Positions 1-8,679 of a stretch of 64,000 bases of DNA are shown in pieces. Positions within the stretch are counted from its first letter, which is position 1. Every line of letters begins with the position of its first letter. Under the pieces are notes generated by a model. That model made no database searches. It was not told the DNA's origin and saw only the letters and a program-made list of their open reading frames with translations. The stretch is from the NCBI GenBank assembly GCA_013043165.1, contig JABDOQ010000069.1, positions 12,827 to 76,826 of the forward strand. The letters are read 5' to 3'. A program made the translations under genes and the position numbers. The DNA comes from Woeseiaceae bacterium (lineage in GTDB: Bacteria; Pseudomonadota; Gammaproteobacteria; Steroidobacterales; Woeseiaceae).

Positions 1-845
1 CAGCCCGCCAGGCCGATGTTTCGCCCGTTGGATGAAACCGGTGCTCGTAATGATTTTTTTGCCAGCATCCAGTTGACCAGCGTATGAGCCGATTCAGGTT
101 GACGTGCGTGGCGCGCGACCCCGACGCCATCAATGTCAATATAGAGCGGCTCGGGACTGATCCGCCTTACGCCTTTGCTCTTTATCGAGCTCGAGAAAAT
201 CCCGTAGCCGCACGCGCCCGACTGCAATGCCGCGACCAGCTCTGTTTCTGTCGGGAAAGGCGCCAGAGCGAGGTTCTTCACCCATGCCCGGACCATGCGT
301 TCCGCGGGTTTGACGCCCAGGTCCTCGATCAACATTGCTATCAGGGTCCGGTTGACCGGCAAAGCCGATGATGACAGGCAAAGCTGACCGCTCAATCGCG
401 CATGTGCCAGGCCATCAAGGTCACTGACACGGCCAACCTGGACGTGCGGTGAAACACCGATTACGGCATAGCGCACGTCGAGTGCCGCCCATAGTCCGTC
501 CGCATCCTTGAGAACCTCGGGCACTGCCTCCGTCGCCGGCGCCTGCAGCGGTCGTAGTGCACCTTCGTCTGCGGCCCGCCAAATGTCGATGACACTCGAT
601 GTCAGCAGCACGTCGGCGGGTGGCACTCCCCTGTTGCCGATTACGTTTGCAGTATTGGTGGAGCTTTCTCCGAATATCACGGTTACGGGAATGCCGGTCT
701 CGTCCGTGAATTCCGCAAACCATTTCACCAGCGCCGTCTCGTCGGCCGCGGCCGCGTAGACAATCACTGCTTCACGGCGTGGCGTGGAGTCGCAGGCCAT
801 TATTGCCAGCATAACTGCGACGGCAATAACGCCGAGCCGCCTCAT
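1..845 (-). CDS. Periplasmic solute-binding lipoprotein of an ABC transporter (family 1, Fe3+/thiamine-like); 3' end runs off the window
   Basis: Not in the ORF track because it has no stop inside the window. Manual minus-strand translation from ATG 845 gives MRRLGVIAVAVMLAIMACDSTPRREAVIVYAAAADETALVKWFAEFTDETGIPVTVIFGESS... with no stop down to nt 1. It has a lipoprotein-like signal (IMAC) and the VIVYAA start typical of solute-binding proteins. The ATG overlaps the GGDEF gene stop (ATGA). Confidence 0.55.
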   Translation of the reverse strand, partial: MRRLGVIAVAVMLAIMACDSTPRREAVIVYAAAADETALVKWFAEFTDETGIPVTVIFGESSTNTANVIGNRGVPPADVLLTSSVIDIWRAADEGALRPLQAPATEAVPEVLKDADGLWAALDVRYAVIGVSPHVQVGRVSDLDGLAHARLSGQLCLSSSALPVNRTLIAMLIEDLGVKPAERMVRAWVKNLALAPFPTETELVAALQSGACGYGIFSSSIKSKGVRRISPEPLYIDIDGVGVARHARQPESAHTLVNWMLAKKSLRAPVSSNGRNIGLAG

Positions 846-1942
846 GCGGCTTCCACAATTACGCGATCACGGCCGGCCGCTTTGGCGGCATACAGCGCCA
901 CGTCGGCACGTGCGATCAGTGAATCGCCAAGAGTCTTCAGGTCCTCGGCCTCCGGCGCCGGCTGCACCTCGGAGATACCGATGGATGCCGTGATCGTCAC
1001 GGCCTCGCCGTTCGGCAGGTCGATCGGCTTCGCCGACACAGACTCCCTGATGCGCTCCGCGAGTAACAGCGCCGAAGCCACGTCTGTGCCTGGCAACAAA
1101 ACCACAAACTCCTCGCCGCCGTAGCGAGCGGCGACGTCACTGGCACGCACCTGTGACTCGATCCTTTGCGCGATTTCTCGCAATACGGCGTCGCCCGCCG
1201 CATGTCCCCAGTTGTCGTTGACGCGTTTGAAATGATCGATGTCGAGCATCAGGCAAACAAGTCGCGCGCCGTCGCGACGCGCCCGCGCCAGTTCCTCACC
1301 CAATCGGACGGTCAGGTAGCGCCGGTTGTGCCAGCCGGTCAGCACGTCGGTGAAACCGCTGCGCATGAGTCTGGCACGGTTGATCGCGTTCTCGACACAA
1401 AAGGACGCAATGACTCCGAGATGCGCGAGAAAGTCGGTCGCATGTGCAGGAGTAAAGCGCTGCAGGTCTGCGCTACAAAGATTAATACTGCCAAGCAGTT
1501 TTTGGCGATGGGTCAGGGGAATGATCGCAATGCTCCTGATGTCGACCGCACCGGGACAAATCAGCTGATGATCGCAGGGCGCGAAGGCACCCAGCCAGGG
1601 TCGTCGCAGTGATATGTACTGAGGTGCCAGCCCTGTCATCGCCTCGACCATTAGCAGCTGTCCGAAGTCCTCGGCAGGCGTGCCGTTCGCAAGCAGCAGA
1701 TGGCGAATGTCGTGGTCCGGATCGCATAGCACCAGGCTCACATGTTCAAGGCCGTAGCTGACCCGGAGGCCTTCGGTCAGGGCAAAAATAAGCGCGTCGA
1801 GAGTTTCAGCCTGCAGCAACCGCAGCTCACGCCGGTGCGTTTGTCGCATCTTTTCGTCGTTACTTGCTACCTTGGACGTCACCTCATCGAGACGGCGCCT
1901 GGTCGCCTCAAGCTCTGCCATTAGTTCGTCGACAGACTCCAT
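842..1942 (-). CDS. Sensor-domain (GAF-like) diguanylate cyclase, GGDEF domain
   Basis: C-terminal GGDEF domain with an intact RYGGEEFVVLLPG active-site motif and FKRVNDNWGHAAGD. The N-terminus has a coiled coil plus a GAF-like region. Confidence 0.88.
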   Translation of the reverse strand: MESVDELMAELEATRRRLDEVTSKVASNDEKMRQTHRRELRLLQAETLDALIFALTEGLRVSYGLEHVSLVLCDPDHDIRHLLLANGTPAEDFGQLLMVEAMTGLAPQYISLRRPWLGAFAPCDHQLICPGAVDIRSIAIIPLTHRQKLLGSINLCSADLQRFTPAHATDFLAHLGVIASFCVENAINRARLMRSGFTDVLTGWHNRRYLTVRLGEELARARRDGARLVCLMLDIDHFKRVNDNWGHAAGDAVLREIAQRIESQVRASDVAARYGGEEFVVLLPGTDVASALLLAERIRESVSAKPIDLPNGEAVTITASIGISEVQPAPEAEDLKTLGDSLIARADVALYAAKAAGRDRVIVEAA

Positions 1943-1946
1943 CAGC

Positions 1947-3032
1947 TCAGCCCCGCAGCGCGAGGTACTCCCGACCTTTCGTCATGAGATCGACAAACGC
2001 CTGCTCATCGCCACCGGCAACGGTTTCCCGAATCCTCGCGGCCGCATCACACAGCGCGTCGAGAGGTCCGAGGCCATACTTGTTGAGATTCTGAATCTCG
2101 AAGTACAGGTGCGGGTTGTCCTCGGCGACCGCTGCCGACACAAGCAGCTGAGAGTCAAACGTTGTCGACGACATCCGAGCGAGTTTCGGCGCAGCCTCGC
2201 CACTTTCCGCCAGCGCCGTAAAGAATGCGATATTCAACGCGTGTGACAGGCCGAGTACATAGGCGATCAGCCGATCGTGATCTTCAAGCCCCATGTCGAG
2301 CTGTTCAACCATGGTCGCTTCGAACAGCTCCTTGGCAGCGGCCGTTGCATCAGGGTCGCCGACATCGCAGAAAATCAGGTGCCGGCCTGACAGCAGGCGC
2401 GTGTCGGGGCCGAACATCGGATGCAGCGAGGTTACTCGACAACCGGACGCCTGCAGCTCGCGGAGACCATCCATGAGCGGCGACTTCAGGCTGCCGATAT
2501 CGAAAACCAGGCCCTGCGGTCTGAGCACGGCCAGCTGTGCCAGAATTCTGCCGGAAACGGCGAGTGGCGCTGCCACGACAATAAAATCGTAATCCACGCC
2601 GGCATCGGTCCAGGTCCTGAAATGCCCGGGTCCATCGTCGACCGTGATGTCGGCCACCGTGGTCGCGAAACCCTGAGATGCAAAAAAGTCGACGAACCAG
2701 CGGCCCATCTTGCCAGCACCACCGATAACGAGTGCACGGCGACCATTTCCCTTGCCCTGTGCGATGACCCGATCCCGTTCCTGGCTCTCGAGCGAGGTGC
2801 GAATCAACTCCTGTAACAGACCTTCGACCAGGTCCGGATCGACACCCAATTCAAGGGCTTGAGCTCGACCCATATCGAGGACGTCTTTCTCCCTCGCATA
2901 ATCTCGCGTTCCGGCACCTGTCGTGAGCTTGTTCCTGCCGATTTCGCCGACGATTTTCTGTCGTTCAGCAATCAGATCGACGAGGCGCCGATCGACCGTC
3001 GAGAGATTCTTGCGGAGTTCGTCGAGAGTCAT
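1947..3032 (-). CDS. tyrA: Bifunctional chorismate mutase / prephenate dehydrogenase (T-protein)
   Basis: N-terminal chorismate mutase helix (LDELRKNLSTVDRRLVDLIAERQKIVGEIGRNK), then a Rossmann motif (ALVIGGAGKMGRWF) and a prephenate dehydrogenase body. 361 aa, similar in length to E. coli TyrA. Confidence 0.88.
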   Translation of the reverse strand: MTLDELRKNLSTVDRRLVDLIAERQKIVGEIGRNKLTTGAGTRDYAREKDVLDMGRAQALELGVDPDLVEGLLQELIRTSLESQERDRVIAQGKGNGRRALVIGGAGKMGRWFVDFFASQGFATTVADITVDDGPGHFRTWTDAGVDYDFIVVAAPLAVSGRILAQLAVLRPQGLVFDIGSLKSPLMDGLRELQASGCRVTSLHPMFGPDTRLLSGRHLIFCDVGDPDATAAAKELFEATMVEQLDMGLEDHDRLIAYVLGLSHALNIAFFTALAESGEAAPKLARMSSTTFDSQLLVSAAVAEDNPHLYFEIQNLNKYGLGPLDALCDAAARIRETVAGGDEQAFVDLMTKGREYLALRG

Positions 3033-3090
3033 AGGTCGAAGCGGTATTTCATTGACAGCGAAGCACCCGTTTTACAGCAGACCGCTTCAC

Positions 3091-3123
3091 AGTGAAAGCC
3101 GGCCCGAAGAAATTCGGGCCGGC
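3091..3123 (-). terminator. Rho-independent terminator downstream of the 110-aa basic protein gene
   Basis: Perfect 11-bp stem GCCGGCCCGAA / TTCGGGCCGGC (3098-3108 / 3113-3123) with a GAAA loop. It is followed on the minus strand by UUUC. Confidence 0.65.
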
Positions 3124-3152
3124 TGCATCTACCCGGCGAACTGTCGCGGCGG

Positions 3153-3485
3153 CTAGTGCCCGAGCCGACGATTGTAGTAGTAGCGGTCGTAGTTACGAAT
3201 CACTCTATGATGTTTCCTCGCATTGACACGCTCCCAGCGGTAAATGTCGAACAACTGGTGCCAGGCGAGATGCCTGTTCCTCTTCAGCCGGGCGTGCTTG
3301 TACCACTTGCGAAAAGACTGGTTTCGTTTCAGCCAAAGCGGCATTTGCTTCGAGCGTCGCAGCTCGAACCGATAGTGAGCCGATGGCTGATACACCGACC
3401 GTATCTCCTTGTGGGCGGCGGCTTCAGGAGAATCCAGAAGCAGCAGGCCACCGGCTATTAGCGCTACAGTAATTATCTTGTTCAT
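3153..3485 (-). CDS. Hypothetical small secreted, extremely basic protein (110 aa)
   Basis: Internal ATG at 3485 gives MNKIITVALIAGGLLLLDSPEAAAHKE..., a signal peptide. The mature part is rich in R/K/H/Y/W (YDRYYYNRRLGH at the end). The longer 224-aa reading in the track has no coding-like composition upstream. A terminator follows. Confidence 0.5.
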   Translation of the reverse strand: MNKIITVALIAGGLLLLDSPEAAAHKEIRSVYQPSAHYRFELRRSKQMPLWLKRNQSFRKWYKHARLKRNRHLAWHQLFDIYRWERVNARKHHRVIRNYDRYYYNRRLGH

Positions 3486-3574
3486 ATCGATCTCCGGTTC
3501 CTTTCCTGGTACGGCATTAAGAGTAGGCTTGACAAGATGAACGGTGAATGAAAGCAAGCTATTGTTTTTACTGA

Positions 3575-4804
<1,230 letters not shown>

Positions 4805-4840
4805 AAAATTGCCCGGCATTCACCGCAACCTGGAATCCCC

Positions 4841-6367
4841 GTGAGCAATATAGCTGTCGCGACAACCTCGCAGTTGGCTGCCGATGCCGCAGCGGAAGTT
4901 GCGGCCGTCGGCGGTAACGCTGTCGACTGCGCGCTCGCCGCAGCTCTTGTGACAATCAATACGGAGCCAGGCGTCTGCGCGCTGGGTGGCAGCGCGTTCA
5001 TTACAATCTGGCGTGCCGATGATGATCCGGTCACGATCGACGGCAACGTCGCCGTGCCGGGTGCCGGGCTGGCGCCGGAGCAGCGTGGTCATGGTGCGGT
5101 CAGAGTCACGATAGATTATGGCGGCGGAATTGCCACGCTCGTCGGCCCGGGCTCGATCGCAGTCCCTGGAACCCTGGCCGCCATCGAGCACGCCTGGAAG
5201 CGCTATGGCAACGCCGCCTGGGCCGACATATTTGCACCGACCATTCGCGCTTGCCGCGACGGCTTCCCGCTCTCCGCCGCCTGTCGCTACTACCTTGGCT
5301 ATTCCAGCGACTGTATTTTCAATCGCAGCGAGGACGGCTTTGCTGCCTTGCATCACGCGGACAGAACACTGCTCGGTACAGGCGAACAGGTCATCGTGCC
5401 GCACCTTGCCGACAGCCTCGGTGCCATTGCCGAAGAAGGGGCCCGCGTTTTTTACGAAGGCGACATCGCTGCTGCGATCGCCGGCCACTGCCGTGACGGC
5501 AATGGCATGCTGACAGCCGAAGACCTCGGCAATTACCGGGCCATCGAACGAGCACCGCTGCTCACGAATATCGGCGACTGGTCGATCGCCAGCAATCCGC
5601 CGCCGGCCGTCGGTGGCAGCGTTCTCGTTGCCATGTTGCTGGCGTCCTCGGAGCTTGCACTCGATGGCTGGACCAGCAGCGCGCTCTCGCAACTCGTCGA
5701 GTCACAGCGCGCCTGTCTCGATTTTCGCAGGCGCAAACTCGATCTCGCAGATGATGTTGCTGCCGAGGCCGCGCGGCTTGTCGAATCCGCACGCAGCGGT
5801 CGGCTGCTGGCCCGCTGGACGTCGGCCTCAACCGTCCACACATCGGTCGTCGACAATGCAGGTACCGGCTGTGCCATCACCGCATCATCGGGCTACGGCT
5901 CCGGGGAAATGCCGGCGGGAACCGGCCTGTGGTTGAACAACTGCCTCGGTGAAATCGAGTTAAACCGACGCGGATTGGATGCCGGACCGCCGGGCGCGAG
6001 ATTGCCGTCAAACATGGCGCCCAGTGTTGCCCGGCGTGACGGCGCCGTTATCGCCGTAGGTTCGCCGGGTGCCGACAGGATCACAACGGCCCTGCAGCAG
6101 TTCCTGATCAATTACCTGCTGCTCGACATGCCGCTCAAGGACGCGATAGCGCATCCGCGTGTGCACGTTGATACCAGTGGTGACGTCGTAAAGCTGATGG
6201 CTGAGCCCGGTCTCGATCTCCCGCCCATGGACCTGCCGGTCCAGGTCTTTCCTGGCCTCGTCATGTACTTCGGCGGAGTGGCAGCTGCCGTATACGACAT
6301 CGCCACGGGCTTCGAAGCAGCCGCCGATCCACGACGCGCGGGTGGCGTTTTCGTTTCTGACAGTTGA
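4841..6367 (+). CDS. Gamma-glutamyltransferase family protein (no obvious signal peptide)
   Basis: GGNAVDCALAAALVTINTEPGVCALGGSAFITIW, and a candidate autoprocessing/nucleophile region ASTVHTSVVDNAGTGCAITASSGYGSG. GTG start. Confidence 0.8.
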   Translation: MSNIAVATTSQLAADAAAEVAAVGGNAVDCALAAALVTINTEPGVCALGGSAFITIWRADDDPVTIDGNVAVPGAGLAPEQRGHGAVRVTIDYGGGIATLVGPGSIAVPGTLAAIEHAWKRYGNAAWADIFAPTIRACRDGFPLSAACRYYLGYSSDCIFNRSEDGFAALHHADRTLLGTGEQVIVPHLADSLGAIAEEGARVFYEGDIAAAIAGHCRDGNGMLTAEDLGNYRAIERAPLLTNIGDWSIASNPPPAVGGSVLVAMLLASSELALDGWTSSALSQLVESQRACLDFRRRKLDLADDVAAEAARLVESARSGRLLARWTSASTVHTSVVDNAGTGCAITASSGYGSGEMPAGTGLWLNNCLGEIELNRRGLDAGPPGARLPSNMAPSVARRDGAVIAVGSPGADRITTALQQFLINYLLLDMPLKDAIAHPRVHVDTSGDVVKLMAEPGLDLPPMDLPVQVFPGLVMYFGGVAAAVYDIATGFEAAADPRRAGGVFVSDS

Positions 6368-8121
6368 TGAGCATTCGGACCGCAGCAACCGTAGTCGTCG
6401 GACTACTGATACTGGCATCACCGCTTGAAGCCCAGGAGACAATTTCACGCGGAGGAAAACTTTCCGTCGACATCGCCCACGACGGTCGCACCGCGATCGA
6501 CCTTGCCGGTGATATTTGGATCGTGCCGCCCGGCGGCGGCAAAGCCGAGGCTATCACCCGTAACCTGAAGTCTGTACAGCGGCCGCGCTGGTCCCCTGAC
6601 GCGAGCGAAATCGCCTACCAGGCTTTCGCGGACGGATCGCAGGCTCTGTGGATATACAACTTCGCCAAAGACGAGTCTCGAAAAATCAGCCGCGGCAAGT
6701 TTCTCGACCTGTATCCGGCGTGGCACCCGGATGGCAAGCGTCTCATCTACGCCTCTGATTCCACCGGCACCGGCCTGGACCTGTGGGAAGTCGATTTACC
6801 GACCGGCCTGCACTGGCGGCTCACCGATAAGGTCGGCGATGAAACCGAACCGGCCTGGTCATCGGATGGACAAGACCTTGTGTATGTTCATCATGACGGC
6901 GACCAGTGGTCGCTTATCCTGCGCGAGCGGGGACTGCCGGAAGAAACCTTGTTGTCAACTTCAGACAGAATCGCCGCGCCGTCATGGCGTCCCGATGGCA
7001 GCCTGATTACGTTCGTCAGAAAAAGTGCATCCGAATCTTCGATCGAAATGGTCATTCTCTCGCGACCACGGCTGCTCAGGCCTTACATTCGCGGCGAAAG
7101 CTTTGTCCTCTCGCCCGTAAGCTGGCTCGACCGGCATCGCATGCTCTACACGGCCGACGGCACAATTCACCAGCGGCTCTTCAACTCTTGGACTTCATCA
7201 CCCCTGCCGTTTCGGGCAACGATGCTCACCGCCGTGACTGCGGCATCTGCCAAAACCGGGCGCCGTCGTCTACCGACCATCGCCGAACCGGATGGCCGCC
7301 TTGTCATTCACGCATCGCGCATGTTCGACGGCCTCGGAGGGGGTTACCAGACTGACAGGGACATCATAATCGACCGCGGTCGAATTACGGCGGTAGAGCC
7401 TCACAGCGACAGACCCGGTACGATCGTTGTCGACATGGGTGACCTGACCGTGCTGCCTGGCTATATCGATGCGCTCGGCGATTTGTCCGCAGCATTCGGC
7501 AAGCGCGACAGGTTTGACGACTCCATCGGCCCCCTGTTGCTCACCACCGGCGTTACAACGCTGGTCGCGCCGCACGCGGACGCCGAGCGCCTGAATGCGC
7601 TGTGGTCGGGCAAACATTTGCCGGGCCCGCGACTTCTGAACGCCGACGACTGGCCGGCCGGACCCGTTTCGGGCCTGGCCGACTCGATGACGCCCGGGCT
7701 GCAAGCGCTGCTGCAATCGCGTCAAGCCGGTCTTATCGGGGTGTCGGCCCCTGTCGCACGGCGGTTCGCCGACCCGCCCAGTATCGATGCCGGCGTCCGA
7801 TCGGTGGTGCTGGGCAGCAAACAAAACGGCTTGCCGCCCGGGATTGCACTGCACGCGGAGCTACTCGCGCTGGCGGCCGCAGGACTGCGGCCCGAGCAAT
7901 CCTTGCGGGCTGCGGGCGTGAACGCCGCCGCCGCGCTGCGCCTGGATCCACTGCTTGGGCGGATTGCGGTTGGTGCGTCCGCCGACCTCGTGTTTGTTGA
8001 CGGCGATCCGCTCTCGAACATAGAAGACGCACGAAAGATCGTCGCCGTCGTGCGCAACGGGCGCTTTTTCAGTGTCAGCGGACTCATCGATCGCGTAAAG
8101 ACGGCTGAAAGTGTCGAATAA
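6364..8121 (+). CDS. Secreted PD40/TolB-like beta-propeller fused to an amidohydrolase-like C-terminal domain
   Basis: Signal peptide, then repeated PD40 motifs (RWSPDASEIAY, PAWHPDGKRLIY, PAWSSDGQDLVY, PSWRPDGSLITF). The C-terminal amidohydrolase fold signature is VLPGYIDA....GASADLVFVDGDPLSNIEDARKIVAVVRNGRFF. Confidence 0.75.
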   Translation: MMSIRTAATVVVGLLILASPLEAQETISRGGKLSVDIAHDGRTAIDLAGDIWIVPPGGGKAEAITRNLKSVQRPRWSPDASEIAYQAFADGSQALWIYNFAKDESRKISRGKFLDLYPAWHPDGKRLIYASDSTGTGLDLWEVDLPTGLHWRLTDKVGDETEPAWSSDGQDLVYVHHDGDQWSLILRERGLPEETLLSTSDRIAAPSWRPDGSLITFVRKSASESSIEMVILSRPRLLRPYIRGESFVLSPVSWLDRHRMLYTADGTIHQRLFNSWTSSPLPFRATMLTAVTAASAKTGRRRLPTIAEPDGRLVIHASRMFDGLGGGYQTDRDIIIDRGRITAVEPHSDRPGTIVVDMGDLTVLPGYIDALGDLSAAFGKRDRFDDSIGPLLLTTGVTTLVAPHADAERLNALWSGKHLPGPRLLNADDWPAGPVSGLADSMTPGLQALLQSRQAGLIGVSAPVARRFADPPSIDAGVRSVVLGSKQNGLPPGIALHAELLALAAAGLRPEQSLRAAGVNAAAALRLDPLLGRIAVGASADLVFVDGDPLSNIEDARKIVAVVRNGRFFSVSGLIDRVKTAESVE

Positions 8122-8396
8122 ATTGACAAAATGAGGAAAATTCGAGGTTTTGTCAGCACCCAATCAAGGATTGAACATAATAAAAAAAGTGCCATAATGA
8201 CCATATAGCGAGGTACAGCGAATAGTAGGCCAGGTTCTTTTATATTTATCAATCGCTTGCACGGTGCTCTTGCGAAAGCAGCTTATAAGAAGAACGTAAA
8301 ATATGTCGGGCTGCTTTACAAAATGCGCGAAGATCCGGCGGCGCGATCGTGTGAACACGGCAAGGTTCGTTGCAGTAACAGGCACTGCGGGCAGGT

Positions 8397-8411
8397 TGGC
8401 ACAGGACTTGC
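8397..8411 (+). promoter_or_regulatory. Candidate sigma-54 (-24/-12) promoter
   Basis: TGGCACAGGACTTGC. The GG and GC dinucleotides are separated by exactly 10 nt, matching the consensus TGGCACG-N4-TTGCW at all core positions. It sits in an AT-rich non-coding gap. Confidence 0.6.
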
Positions 8412-8422
8412 TTTAAATAATC

Positions 8423-8629
8423 TGCCCAAGCGAAGTGTAATTGCAGTCGATAACAACAAACGGTCAGGTACAGGATTTAGACGCCAGAAGAAAAATAACT
8501 ACAAAAACAACAAGATCCAAATCCAATAATAATTAAAACACGCTGTAACCGGTTATCGAATTCGCAATTACCTCTTTTGATAAAAAAGAGAATTTGGCCC
8601 TGCCGCTAACGCCGCAGGGCTTTTTCTTT
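8423..8629 (+). ncRNA. Candidate ~200-nt sigma-54-dependent sRNA with clustered AANAANAA (ARN / CA-type) motifs
   Basis: The predicted TSS lies about 12 nt after the -12 element. AANAANAA motifs occur at 8452-8459, 8488-8495, 8491-8498, 8503-8510, 8506-8513 and 8525-8532. There are two 3' hairpins (8572-8590 and 8597-8620) followed by TTTTTCTTT. There is no convincing ORF or SD. The boundaries are predictions only. Confidence 0.4.
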
Positions 8630-8679
8630 GGCAGAATGAACGTCCCGGCGCCAGATTCCGCCACGCGAGGAGCAGTCCA

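Noticed and set aside
4820-5692. 290-aa minus-strand ORF inside the GGT-like gene
   Set aside because: It is antisense to a gene with GGT family motifs and has the composition typical of GC-rich shadow frames.
8257-8529. 90-aa plus-strand ORF in the AT-rich gap (ends ...QKKNNYKNNKIQIQ)
   Set aside because: It has no SD and a low-complexity K/N tail produced by the A-rich tract. The sigma-54 promoter lies inside it. The region is better explained as non-coding RNA or a regulatory region.
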